Source of the DNA: an uncultured Methanosarcinaceae archaeon
Lineage (GTDB): Archaea > Halobacteriota > Methanosarcinia > Methanosarcinales > Methanosarcinaceae
Assembly: GCA_963733675.1 (NCBI GenBank)
Contig: CAVTET010000001.1
Span: forward strand, 800,001-864,000
Direction of reading: 5' to 3'
DNA: 64,000 bases
Shown: in pieces, positions 51,050-63,289 of the stretch
Layout of the letters: each line of letters starts with the position of its first letter
Numbering within the stretch: position 1 is the stretch's first letter
Program-made: the position numbers and the translations under genes
Notes under the pieces: generated by a model
Databases searched by the model: none
Told to the model about the DNA's origin: nothing
The model's input: the letters and a program-made list of their open reading frames with translations, nothing else

Positions 51050-51400
51050 TCAGCCGAAGCAGTATCCTGGGCCATATACTGTTGTAATAGCTGTGTTTGA
51101 GATGATATGGATGAGATCACTGAATGCTGTTGCATACGCTGAGTTGTTCCTAACAAGATAGATATTCCGCACTTGACATGCGGTAGTAATATTTACTGTA
51201 ACGCTGGCACCTGGGTCAAGAGTACCGGTTACAGGCATTCCAGTTGGGCTAGTTTTGTTTTCATAAATCGTAATTCTGATGAGACCCACATTTCCTTGCT
51301 AGTTAGATTGTATAAGTATATGATTGAGATATTTTGATATATATTTCCTATCTTGTTTATGCTCAGAGCTAAGGCTGGACAAATTGGACAACTAAACCAA
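51050..51400 (-). pseudogene. DUF11/DUF7507-like domain fragment
   Basis: PALALSINK, YNLT, TGTLDPGASVT, SNTAITTVYGP pieces in broken frames. Confidence 0.5.
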
Positions 51401-51515
51401 TTTAGCGGCTCTATGTTCGATTTTGTGTGGGCTAGCCTATACTTCCCTCATGTCAATCGAATGCGAAACTTACTTTGAGTCTATGAGTCGCCCATTCCTT
51501 ACTATATCTACGATT

Positions 51516-51613
51516 ATAATGTTTATGCACTTATCATTATTAACTTATAATATGTAGAATAAGTAAGTTAGGTGATTTATGAGATGAATAGTTTCCTTAT
51601 TTTGCTGACACTA
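51516..51613 (+). repeat. Dispersed repeat module, copy 2, right part
   Basis: Matches 20490-20587. Confidence 0.85.
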
Positions 51614-52447
51614 TTTAGTATAGTTTTTTCCAAATCATGCAGCTTTACTTAGTTATGAAACTACTATATGCAGAATCACCTATTGCCAAAGTTAAATGAT
51701 GATTCTTAGTCGTATTTTTTACATTTAGATTTTCCAGCACAACAGCTTGATTCTCACAAACAAGTCTAAAAGATATTTTATGCTGGGAATCATTCTTCTA
51801 TTTACTTATTTTCTTATGTAGTTTAGAAAGCTTGTGTTTTGCTTTTTCTCTATCACTAGAACCATTTATTTTTTTTGGCTAACTTTTTCTGAAGTACTTT
51901 TACACACTAAAGAGTATTTTTAAAACAGTTAGGATAACTGATCATTTCTCTTGTAGAGAAAAACCGTAAAATTTTTGATACCTACATTTACTCAAATAGT
52001 ATATTTATTCTGATTTTTTTCCTGGAAGCTCTTCCCCATTATTCACAAGAATACTGACTTAGTACTTCCCTGCATGTGATATGGAGAAAGTTACTGTTTT
52101 TGGAATGCCTTCTAAAAATCTGTGGAAATCGCTTTAACTTCTCCAATATTAGGAAGTATGACAAGGTTGATTTTCTGTAAGTTTCTGCTTGAGAAACTTT
52201 TTTATTATTTTTATGAATCTCTAAAATTCATTATCGCCCACATTCATATGACTCAATCAAGCAAATAAACCGAAAATAATTAAAGATATCCTTCTTGATG
52301 TCTCTTTTTACCTGTTCCTTTGTCATTAAATTGAGAATCATTAAAACATAATTATTTATAATTTATATTATAATGTGATTCATTCGCGAACATGATCCAC
52401 TAAAAAAAGATTGAAATACGATTATAAAAATAACAAGGGGTCACAAC

Positions 52448-52600
52448 ATGCATTCAATCGAAACCAAATATGGTGAAATGGATTATTACATAGATCAAGA
52501 AGGAAAGATACATATCCATTTTTCAGAAGAGGAAATTCGTGCGCAAAATCAACTAAAAAAAGAATCGAAAAATTTCCCTATAAGGTCTGAGTATTGGTAA
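52448..52600 (+). CDS. Small hypothetical protein (50 aa)
   Basis: RBS aagggg; MHSIETKYGEMDYYIDQEGKIHIHFSEEEIRAQNQLKKESKNFPIRSEYW. Confidence 0.5.
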   Translation: MHSIETKYGEMDYYIDQEGKIHIHFSEEEIRAQNQLKKESKNFPIRSEYW

Positions 52601-53524
52601 TCCATGGATTTGTGAGGCAAGATTCATTAAAAGGTGACAAAGTACTTGATTTTGCATCATAAGTGCGTAAGTTCTACAGTGTTTGATATACAGCACAGTT
52701 CATTAGTGAGTAACGTTTTTTGCTCTCCTTTATTACATCAAATTTAACTTTATCCTTAATATATCAATGTAGTTTTCAAATTTTGCTCTTTTTATATTGT
52801 TTTTTGAATGCATAATCTTTGAAGCTTTGGTTTCTTAAATACATTCCAAGCTATCCTCTTCTTCTATTCTTGTACAGGAAATGGAGTTTATCGTCCATTT
52901 TTGTGTTGATATCTCTTCCCGTTTTTCACATTTTATTGACCCAGTGATCTATTCTCTAATTTTTCCTTCCTTATTGATTACGGCGTTTGATGAATACGAA
53001 GTGACTGGTTTTGCTTTAAGATTGCACCATACGTATATACGGCCGAGAGATGAATTATAATGTCCATTGACAAATATTATCCGATATCAATACCGTTTTT
53101 TGCAAAGCTTCTATATGTTTGATAAGTTCAAGAAAGTCAGAAGTAAACTCATCACTATGGATTATCTATTATCTAAAATCACATTCATGCTTGATATATC
53201 TCTTTTTTGGCCAACAACTTTCAAATTTAATAACTATTTTCAATCCCCAAAAAACAATGAAGAATCCAATTTATTCACTAAGATTTGCAATAGAACTGAA
53301 AAATCAATAGCATTAAAACTTTATTTGTCTAAAAGGTATTTAAAATGGAGTTCTTTTGACAAATATCTTATACTTTATTTTGATCTTCAAGCGCATAAGT
53401 TATATCTCTTTTAGATAAGGATGAATCTGATTTTAGTTTTGTTCATTTCCCTTGATTGATACTATACTAAGAGAGTATCATTATATATTGATGTAAAGGA
53501 CAAAAAGGAAATCGGGAATTAAAA

Positions 53525-54034
53525 ATGAAAAGTGCTATTTTCAAGAAGATAATGGTTGCAACAGACGGTTCGGAATTGGTGAAACAAGCGGTTAAGTCAG
53601 CAGTTGAAATTGCAAAATTAAGTGAGACAAAACTATATACTGTACACGTGATCGCATTAGGTAGTCATTCGATACTTCATTCCTTAGATGAGAAATGGAA
53701 AAAGAAAATGAAAAAACAATTCATAATGAAGGGTGAAAAAGCAACAGCTTATATCGAGGACGTTGGGAAAGCTGTAAACATTGAGGTGAAATCTGTAATT
53801 ATTGAAGGAAGCCCAGCAAATGAGATTATCGATTTTACAGAAAAAAACGATATCGACCTTATCGTTATGGGAACACACGAAAAAACTGAACTCCAGAGAT
53901 TCCTGATTGGAAGTGTAGCAGAAAATGTAATCAGACACTCGAGAAAACCAGTACTTATTGTAAAAGGAGAATCTGCCGATTTGTTATTAAATGGTTTGTT
54001 AAAATCCTCAGATACAAGGCATTATGAGCATTAA
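53525..54034 (+). CDS. Universal stress protein (UspA family)
   Basis: KKIMVATDGS, IDLIVMGTH, LIGSVAENVIRHSRKPVLIVK. Confidence 0.92.
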   Translation: MKSAIFKKIMVATDGSELVKQAVKSAVEIAKLSETKLYTVHVIALGSHSILHSLDEKWKKKMKKQFIMKGEKATAYIEDVGKAVNIEVKSVIIEGSPANEIIDFTEKNDIDLIVMGTHEKTELQRFLIGSVAENVIRHSRKPVLIVKGESADLLLNGLLKSSDTRHYEH

Positions 54035-54188
54035 ACTGAAAGATGATGGTGTTGCTGCACCTAGTCCTGTTTGCAGCTATCGGTATGATTTATTTCTATG
54101 AGGATAATTTCAAAGGATTTCTATAAAGCCAAAAGATCTTATTTTAATGAAGAAATCCTAGATAGAAAACTGGTGTGGGATAACCCTA

Positions 54189-54686
54189 TTATTCGATAAG
54201 TATGAGACAAAAACGATTCATCTTGTAGGATCTGTCCTTCAATACTTCAATACGATAGTCGTTATTCCTTACCGTGCTGAAAACGTCGATACCACAGCTT
54301 TCCATTGATGGCCTGGCACTCTCAGGATGCCTGCAATCTTTCATTGTACATTCAGTACAAAGCCTACAGGGACCGGCGCCCAGCGCGAAAGTCTTATAGT
54401 ACCCGGCAAGGAATATGTCTCTCTCAAGCGTGGTGATAAATTTCGTAAGATCTATAGGATCTTCGGTCACGTTGTCTACATCTTCTGTAAAATGCACTAG
54501 GAGCGCGTATTTATAGCAATCTACCATCTCCCGGGTCTCGCGATATGTGGGGGAGTTTGGTGGGCAGCAAAGGCTACTGTCATACCCATCACATCCATAC
54601 CTACACTTCCAGCAGATCCACGCCGCTGTGATAATACTATCCGTTTTTATAATCTTGGCATCGTTGGCGCCCAGTTTGACAGCCAT
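54189..54686 (-). CDS. DUF2284 family predicted metal-binding protein
   Basis: KCRYGC...CCPP, AGPCRLCTEC, CRHPESARPSMESCGIDV. Confidence 0.88.
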   Translation of the reverse strand: MAVKLGANDAKIIKTDSIITAAWICWKCRYGCDGYDSSLCCPPNSPTYRETREMVDCYKYALLVHFTEDVDNVTEDPIDLTKFITTLERDIFLAGYYKTFALGAGPCRLCTECTMKDCRHPESARPSMESCGIDVFSTVRNNDYRIEVLKDRSYKMNRFCLILIE

Positions 54687-55900
54687 CTCAATGAATTTTC
54701 TATATTTTTCATATTATTCACTTCAGAAAATTAATCATTTTCATCGTATTTGTTATTCTTAATTTTTTCAGTGGTTCCCTAAAAACTATGTGTGTTTAAT
54801 CATAGAGTTTTGAGAGCATTTGACTGCATCAGCTAGCTAATTAAGCATGACCGTACTATTGAAATTTATTAATATGTTTTGATTTTTATCTATATTTTCA
54901 ATAACTCGATTATTTCATATCTTGTAGGAATATACAAGTTTCTACTTATTACATGCTCAGTAAAATGTAAATACATAGTAAGAAAATTATTGACAAATTA
55001 TGATAAATCCTAATGATTGTGATTTTAAATCAAGAAAATCCAAGGAAAGTCATTTTATAGAACACAAAAAACTTGGTAAAGCCGATCATGAGAAAGAGAA
55101 CATTGAAACCGATATTTTCAGATGTTCTAAAGAAAATAATATTCTTCTTATCATCGTTTTTGGATTTTTACTTCGGAATTAGAAACTCTTTATCTCAACT
55201 AAAGCTTCCGAAAATGGAAGTTAGAATCTTTCAGTGAAGGAACAAAATCGAAAAGTATAAGATATTTTCAGAAACGACGTTTATAAACAGGCAACTTCAG
55301 AAAATAAATAGCAAAAAAATGTGAGATGGATATAATCCAATATTGAAACAGAGAGGTAATACCGAAATTATCATTTTCCGCTCAGATCAGACTGCAATGT
55401 ATCCATAATTTTTTTCTGTTTCGAAGCAAAAATCTGCGGTCTGTTTTGCTCAGATTTTTGGCTAAAACTTCATTGACTCTTATTTTAGAAAAGCGAATCA
55501 ATAATTCCTTGAATTTAATAAGATGTGGATCGGTACCCTCGCAATTAGATAGCTCTTGAGATGATAGGATTCTTGCAACAGTATGGGTAGAAAGCTGTTC
55601 CCTGATCTGCAAATTTCGTTACTGGATAGATACTAAAAATTTGCTGTTGGATATGCACATCTCTTTTCTAGCAGTTACCTGTAGTAAGTTGCAGGAGCGG
55701 GTATTTTTGGTATTCAAGGAATATTATTACAATGAAATACGGATCCTCTATCATCCTCCTTCGGTAGTTACTGATGCAGAACTGATCCCAACAGATCCCT
55801 TGCAGGAAGGAAGCAGTTGGTCTTTATATGGTATTACATACAAATAAAATAATGACACGTGAATATAAATTTATAACCTAAATTAATATGGAGGGAAAAT

Positions 55901-56732
55901 ATGAGAAAAGAATTGCTTCTTCTGCTAGTATTGCTAAGTTTATTCCTTGCAATAGGATGCGTTGATAATAAAGGTGGATCTTCAAATACAACCAGAACTC
56001 CAGTTACAGCGGTAACTTCAGCAGATCAATGCCTAAAGTTATAACAAACAGTCTATGGAGCTGCAAGCCTTACTGAAGCTTTTACGAAAATTGCTTCCTA
56101 GTTTGAAAAGGAGAATACTGGAGCGAATGTAACCCTCAACTTTGGAGGTTCAAGGTAACCTACGTGTGCAAGTAGAGGGGAGAGCTTCTGTAGATGTTTT
56201 TGCCTCAGTTGACGAAAATCGAATTAATATACTTGGCAATAAATCACTTATTGTAAATAGTTCACGAAAAGATTTTGCTCACAATTCACTTGTGCTTATT
56301 ATCCCTGAAAACAGTGTTTTTAACATAGCCAGCATAAAAGATCCGGCGAACTCTAAAATTCAAAGAATAAGCATTGGAAATCCTGATACTTTGGCAGTAG
56401 GCGAATATTCGCCTCTCGCACTTAATGAGACTGGTTTGTGGAGTCAACTGAAAAATAAAGCAGTACTTGCTGAAGATGTCAAACAAGTATTTGTATACGT
56501 GGAAAGAGGAGATGCGGATGCAGGTTTTGTATATGTAACCGATGCAAAGACTGCACAACCCGGAACTATAAAAATAGTCACCAATATGTCTGTCAGTACC
56601 CCCATTAACTATCCAATAGCTATAATTTCTTCGTTTCCGCACAAAGAAAACGCTCAGAAATCCCTTGATTTCGTAACCGGGGCAGAAGGACCAAAAATAT
56701 TGAAAGAAGATGGGTTTGTTCCACAATCTTGA
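55901..56732 (+). pseudogene. modA: Molybdate ABC substrate-binding lipoprotein, disrupted
   Basis: Lipoprotein leader LAIGC, GAASLTEAF, VERGDADAGFVYVTDA, INYPIA; stops and frameshifts in the 5' third; no modBC adjacent. Confidence 0.85.
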
Positions 56733-56871
56733 TAAAATGCAGGATTTACACACTTTAGGAACGAAATAAATTACATTTGACATCGAGTTTTAAATTTGTA
56801 TTTAATCGATTAAAGGTTTAAATGCTATGGATTTTTTAGTTAAAATGTGTAAGTCTTCTAATTATTGAGTT

Positions 56872-57507
56872 TTAATTGTTGACATGATCTTCTAGTTTTA
56901 ATGCATTATAAGAAAGTAATCCTATCCAGATTGATCCACTAAATACTGTTAACCATTCTAAAATATGTAAATCTAATCCAATAATGAATGTGAGTATAAA
57001 TACAAAATTTGTAAAAATTGATGCAATAGCAAAATACCAAATCCATTTTATATATTTTGTATGGGCTTTTAGTACAATATTTGTGATTGTCATGAAGATT
57101 AATAGTAGTAAAAAAAATATTGCTGCCACTATATAGTGTATTCTTCCATAATCTTCTGAAAATATACCTGTCATAATAACAGCAATCGCCATCAAAAATC
57201 CACAATACTGAAGTATCAGAAAAAGGTTATCTTGATTCCGATTAATAGTCTTCCATTTTACTAGGTCTACTGTCTGTATGATAATGGCAAACCCTAAAAA
57301 AAGGCATCCTATGTCAAAGTAGATATGCCCTAAAGGATTTTTACTTGAATTCCCCAAGTCACTTAACCAATTATTAAATGGTGAATAAGGACCATTATAT
57401 ACTATTTTGGAAGCCAGTGTAAGTGCGTAAAAAATCACCAAAGCCAAAATATCCCCATAACTTGTTAAGGTTATTTTCATTGAGTTCAAAGGCTTCATAA
57501 AAATCAA
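56872..57507 (-). CDS. DUF998-like multi-pass membrane protein
   Basis: NWLSDLG, GIFSEDYGRIH, LEW; about 5 hydrophobic segments. Confidence 0.75.
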   Translation of the reverse strand: MIFMKPLNSMKITLTSYGDILALVIFYALTLASKIVYNGPYSPFNNWLSDLGNSSKNPLGHIYFDIGCLFLGFAIIIQTVDLVKWKTINRNQDNLFLILQYCGFLMAIAVIMTGIFSEDYGRIHYIVAAIFFLLLLIFMTITNIVLKAHTKYIKWIWYFAIASIFTNFVFILTFIIGLDLHILEWLTVFSGSIWIGLLSYNALKLEDHVNN

Positions 57508-58056
57508 TTAGTTTAAATATATAACGAATCGCTTGCAACATAAATTATGATTATTGATCTTAATAATTTAACTCTATCCTTAATTGTCTACTTTAAAGAA
57601 TCTGGATTTACTCCTGATTTGTTCTCTTTGGGCAATTTCTCAATTTTTCCTTTAAAATCTGATGCTAATTTTTTTCTCTTTCGTCCAAGCACATTTTTTG
57701 CTATAAAACAAACGTATATTCTCAACGTAAAATCTCTATTACGATTTCATTCACTAGCACTCCGAACTCACAAACTTAGGAGGATAAAAAACACATATCA
57801 AACTTATTATTAAATAAATTAGTTAATTTTTTAGCTCAGTTTAATTTTATGTTTATAAGTTTGAGACTAACTATCGTCTCATTTTCACAAAATAATGCAA
57901 AATGCCCACTGATTCAGGTGCATACTTCTTAGGGTATAAAACTATATTTAATATATTTAGATAACGATTAATTATAAATAAATAATTTCTCATATATTAA
58001 ATGGTTGATGTGAAATAAATTGAAAAACGGATGTGAAATAATATGGTAAAATGTAG

Positions 58057-58185
58057 ATGCTCTCGCCAGGACTGGCTCTAACACCTCTGGCCACTGTTGC
58101 TGGTGCTACATCTACCTACGCTGTGGCTAAGCTTACTGCTGTAGCTGCCAACGAAGCTGCTAAAAAGGCTATTACCAAAATATAA
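58057..58185 (+). CDS. Candidate Ala-rich small protein (42 aa; 5' end possibly frameshifted)
   Basis: MLSPGLALTPLATVAGATSTYAVAKLTAVAANEAAKKAITKI; GC-richer island with repeated GCT codons. Confidence 0.45.
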   Translation: MLSPGLALTPLATVAGATSTYAVAKLTAVAANEAAKKAITKI

Positions 58186-58292
58186 TTGTCTTCTTAAATT
58201 TCATTTGTTTTCTCTTCATTTTTATCAAATTTGACTTTGTTTAGGCCTGAAATAAGAATTATAGGGTCTAAAAAGGCTTAATTACTTGCTTT

Positions 58293-58538
58293 GGTTCCGT
58301 TGCAAAAAATTCAAAATAAGCCTGTAAATTTATAAGTAATGAATAAAATCAAAATATTCAAGAAAAATGTACTAACATTATAAAACTAGGTTCCGTTGCA
58401 AAAATATTATTTCTGCATTTTGACACTATAATTTTCACCTTTAGGTGTCATTTTCTTTCTAATGAAAATGATTAACTTTCCCAATTGTGAAAGTTTTTTC
58501 TGATTTTGCAAGAAAGCTAGATTTTTTGCAACGGAACC
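58293..58538. mobile_element. IS6 right-end fragment plus 150-bp IS6-type MITE (58389-58538)
   Basis: ggttccgttgcaaaaa at 58293 and 58389; inverse copy ending at 58538. Confidence 0.85.
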
Positions 58539-58892
58539 GCTTTCCTTTACGCTAACTTTGATTTTATATTTTACATAGGAAATGGATATGTACCTGATCA
58601 GGACTTACGCATTTGAGCCATAAAATCAATAAAATTAAACATTCAACTGTCTGAATAGTAAATTTAATCACAATAGAAATCGTGATTGATTTCATATTTT
58701 ACATATTTACAGTTCCATTTAGGTCGTTTACGCTTTTACCTCTTTGACTTTAAATTACGGATCTTTTGATTTTTATTTATTACTTATATATAGATTCACA
58801 TGCTTATTTTGAAGTTTTTGCAACGGAATCTAGGGAGGTAATCAATATGGTAAGCACCATCAAACGCGGGATTCTGCTCCTCTGTTGCGAGT

Positions 58893-59749
58893 TTAGATGG
58901 TTTCGGTCTCGCGCAGGGTAAGCGGACTCTGCAACACGTAGCGTGCGATTTCATCCTTGCGCAGTAAAACCACATCCGACCGACTTTTCGCGTAGCGCAG
59001 AAAGTCGTCCCACATGCGCACCATCTGTGGCGAACCGTTGATACGGTCGTGAGCGCTGACAGACATCATGCGGCGGCGTGTATCGGCTTCGTCGTAGAGT
59101 TGGTCGAAGTCCAACTTGATCTGGTCGAGGAATTTTGCTGGAGAGTAGTTGCGACCCTCGATTAGTAGGATATCATTGTTATGCAGCGTGTAGGGAATGA
59201 CGACGAAGTCCTTGCCATTCACTTGCTCGATGAACGGTTCGTCGCGGCTGACATCGTCGATATGGTAGACGTAGCCCAATTCCTGCAGTGGCGACAGTGT
59301 GTTAGGGCTGCGCCTCAACCAGTTACAGTTGTAGCCGATTGGTCGCTGACCGGTGACCGTTTCGACCATGCTGGCTGCCTGGGCGAGGAATGTTCTTTCT
59401 TCCTCGCGACTCATTGCATATTGTGAACTCCAGTGTGGACCATGTCCAGCAGCCTCATGGCCACGATCGACAATCTCCTTGACCAGATCCGGATGATGCT
59501 GGGCCGCTTCGCCGATCCATATGCGAAGTGACTTTGATGCCGTGGCGATCCCACAGGTCGAGCATGCGCGGAATGCCCTCGCGATAGCCGTAAGCAAACC
59601 AGGTGTTGGTTGCTGCATCCGATGGAACGCTGGGGGGAAATCGACTTTTGGGAAGGGGCTGTCTGTACCTTTGGATGGCTGTCCACCAGCTTCAAATTGC
59701 ATGGAGATGGAAACAACCAGTTGGACCCCCCCTGGCCAAAACTTTTCAT
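58893..59749 (-). pseudogene. Polysaccharide deacetylase (CE4, PuuE-like), GC-rich, frameshifted
   Basis: SMQFEAGGQP, GHEAAGHG, YHIDDVSRDEPF, SVSAHDRI; alternative frame carries YGYREGIPRMLDLWDRHGIKVTS. Confidence 0.85.
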
Positions 59750-59829
59750 AGTGGCAGTGCCACCACGTCTTCTCGCCTTTCGAATAGTAATATCTCCTTT
59801 CGACTCCTTTTTCGCCATAAACATCACTA

Positions 59830-60051
59830 AGTTTGTTACAAAATCAGTGAAAACATTCACAATTAGGAAAGTTAATCATTTTAATTAGAAAGAAAATGAC
59901 ACCTAAAGGTGAAAATTATAGTGTCAAATTGCAGAAATAATATTTTTGCAACGGAACCTAGTTTTATAATGTTAGTACATTTTTCTTGAATATTTTGACT
60001 TTTTTATACTCATAGATTTACATATTTTTTTGAATTTTTTGCAACGGAACC
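59830..60051. mobile_element. Inverted copy of the nested IS6-end/MITE unit
   Basis: Reverse complement of 58293-58510; TIRs end at 59958 and 60051. Confidence 0.85.
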
Positions 60052-60129
60052 GCTTATTCATAAGTTGCAATCGGCAAACCTATAATCGTGTCAATAAATG
60101 TGATATTCAAAGTCCATTATCTAAACAGG

Positions 60130-60912
60130 TGATGAGCTTAAAAATAAACAAGGGGTAGATAATCCGAGTAAATGCTACCTGTTATATTAGTATACACATG
60201 ATCTTAAATTCCATCCCCACGATCTACTGCGTTTTGTGAGAATCCGGCGCCATCCGGTTTCCCCCAGAAGTTACCCCCAATATAAGGTCCACCGATAATA
60301 TTAATGCCTGGAATTTTTATGGTGTTATAGGCATTTCCTATCCCATTTTTAATGGTTATTTTGTTTTCATTGAAATAATTGTTGTAAACAAGGTTTCTGT
60401 TGCTTCTGCTACAGATAAAAAAACCTAAATTATCACTATTTTGAATAGTGTTGCTTGATAATATATTATCATTAGATGTGCCCATATAAATTCCATTGTG
60501 ATTATTAGAAACCTTATTTCCTAAGAGTGTATTGAAATTGGCGCTTGCAAGCAAAATTTCACCGTACAATCCATTATTAGCAGCTATATTATTAGATATC
60601 TTACTCTTTGTGGCACACCAGAGATAAATTCCACACGAATTATTCAATAGGATATTATTTTCAATTGTGCAGTTATCGCTAGAACATAGAAAGATTCCTG
60701 CATAGCTGGGTTCGGTTGCTCCACTTATTTTGAACCCACTAAGTTTTATATCATTTGCTTTTAAGAGAAAAACATCAGCGTGCGAATTCCTGGCTTTAAT
60801 TATAGTATTATTTGGATCTCCAGAATCGGATCGAATTGTAAGATTTTCTTTGGCTATTTTGATATTTTCTACATATGTGCCTGGTTTTACGATAATTACA
60901 TCACCTGAGACT
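60130..60912 (-). pseudogene. NosD/parallel beta-helix surface protein fragment
   Basis: GDVIIVKPGTYVENI, NNIAANNG, GGPYIGGNFWGKPDG; 5' end missing. Confidence 0.75.
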
Positions 60913-60914
60913 GA

Positions 60915-61230
60915 AATTGAAGGAGCTGATCCTAGGGGTGCTTATCTTGGAGGAGCTAATCTTATTGGTGCTCATCTTGAAGAAACAAATCTTAAAGGTA
61001 CCAATCTTGAAGGAGCTTGTCTTAAAATGGCTCATCTTGGAGAGACAGATCTTAAAGGTGCTTATCTTAAAGGAGCTGACCTTAAAAGAACTTATTTGAA
61101 AGGAGCCAAGAACTTATCAATTGAGCAGCTTTCTAAAGTGAAAACACCTTATGATACTAAATTAGACGAAAAACTTCTCATACAATTAAAAAAAAAATAT
61201 ACTGTCCTTTTTGAAGAACCTAATGAATGA
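60915..61230 (+). pseudogene. Pentapeptide-repeat protein C-terminal fragment
   Basis: GA(D/N/Y)L(K/E) repeats, AKNLSIEQLSKVKT tail; no start of its own. Confidence 0.75.
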
Positions 61231-62180
61231 GCGGATATCATCAAAATTTCCAACCTGCTTTATCATTTTTCTTTATTGTCTAATAACTAATGCATAGGTT
61301 TTATAGCAAAATCTCTGCATTAAAATACTAGTTTTTTAAGCTCACTCATTGAATCTGGAATCTGTTTTTGTGGTGAAGATAACGGATGCAGAGTCGATCC
61401 GATTTACAGAATTTTCGGTACACTGCACTGATACATTTGATCGTTTGTAAAATTATCAAGGATTTAGTCCTAAATAAGTTATCAAATGAGACTTATTTTA
61501 CACTCCGTTTTTCAAATTGATTTAAATTTCAAAAAGCTAAAATACTGAATCCGATCCCAAATAGTACAATTTGAATTAAAAATAATAAATAATTAAAAAC
61601 CATATAATATTTTATTGTAAATATATGGTGAAAGTGATTATAAGTTAAAATTAATCCTAAAATCGTTAAAGGTATTTTTAGTGAAATGGCACTCCGGCGC
61701 TGTTCATTTGCAGTATGATGGAACATGGGATATTGGTCCGAACTTAAAACAGATTAACTATTATGAAAATCAAAAATCATAATGAATTAGAGAGAAATAC
61801 TGTTGACGATGCACACGTCAACAGTATCTAATTTACTGTATGAGGTTTTTGATCTGTTCTGCAAAATGGTAATTGTTCTCTTACTTTATAAATATTTTTA
61901 ATACAATATATCTTAAAATATGATGTATGGGTTTTCAAACAAAAACTGTGCATTGATTAATTGCAGTCTTCATAGTAGAACTCACCATTTTATCCAATGA
62001 GGAAAATGCATTTATAGTGAAGTATCATAATTTCTTCACTAGTCTTAAACTTAAATGTGAAGCACGGAGAAATGAGTAAATAGTTACAATTAGGCAAAAT
62101 TTGCAAGTTTAAAGCTGGTGCTTGTCAGCAAACGCAAATAAGTAAATAATCAGGCAAAAAAATCGGAGGGACAGAACTTG

Positions 62181-62357
62181 ATGCAATCATTTATAGTAGA
62201 ACATTACCTCAACAAGAAAGTAGATGTTTACTGTGGCGGACCCGATGTTTTCAGGGGAATCATTGAAGCTTGTGCCGATAATGTTCTTACTCTCAATGAC
62301 GATGGAAAATTTACCCATGTAGCTATCGATAAAATAATCGCCTTGTGGGCTCAATGA
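62181..62357 (+). CDS. MM0924-like small protein (58 aa)
   Basis: RBS ggaggg; MQSFIVEHYLNKKVDVYCGGPDVFRGIIEACADNVLTLNDDGKFTHVAIDKIIALWAQ. Confidence 0.8.
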   Translation: MQSFIVEHYLNKKVDVYCGGPDVFRGIIEACADNVLTLNDDGKFTHVAIDKIIALWAQ

Positions 62358-63289
62358 GCTCCATGAGTAACAGATCTTCAATGTTTTCTTATTCTGGATG
62401 GAGCTTAGGAAATTCAGAGATTTTAGCACAAAAACTGTGCATAAACAGGCTGTACACGTTCAAAGCTTAGTCAAAGAGAAAGAAGTTAAAAAAGTAAATG
62501 GGCATCGGTTTTTTGATATTGGGGAGTGGGGGGTAGTATTAATTTGGGAAATAAAAGAAGTTATCTCCGATGTCCTATAAGCTAATATTACTTATTATTA
62601 TATAAACAAATGTTAATAACGATAAATTATTGTATTTTTTAGAAGTACTGTGAATCACTATAAATAATAAGCAGTACCGCATTTAAAGTTACGATTGCTC
62701 ATTATATAATTGTAAAAGTTGATCTAATTTTAAGCTCTCTGACTTCACAGGGATACATTAGAAATGTGGAACTCAATCCTTAATAAGACGACAGCAGTGA
62801 AGAACTATGAGCATCAGCGACATATAAAAAAATAGATCTTATAAGTTGTGGGTAATTATACAATATACATCGAAGCATTCCTTGACAATTTTTCACTTTC
62901 AGACACATAATCACGCTAAGACATTTTTTTTTGGGATCTACGCCATAGTGCATTTATGGATCCTGATATATAAATGAAAACAAAAGAATATATATTTTGT
63001 GTATATTTCCTATATAGTAATGGCTATCACTCAATAGACAATGTGTACGTAGTCAAAATCCCACTGATCATGACAGCAACTTTTTGGAATGAATGATTAC
63101 TATTCTACTGGTAATTATATATAAGAACATAAAAAGTATGGCAAAACCTATTAAGAAGTTCTTTTTTAGTAAGAATAACAATTTGGAAAAATTTGTTATA
63201 AACTTATTGAGTCAAGTTGTGGTATTGATGAATTAAGTTCCTGATTTAGTTTATTCATGTTTTAACCCAATGTTTTTTGGAGAACTCAT

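Noticed and set aside
51640-52320. Possible IS701-like relic
   Set aside because: Only a few short motif-like fragments; too decayed to call by eye.
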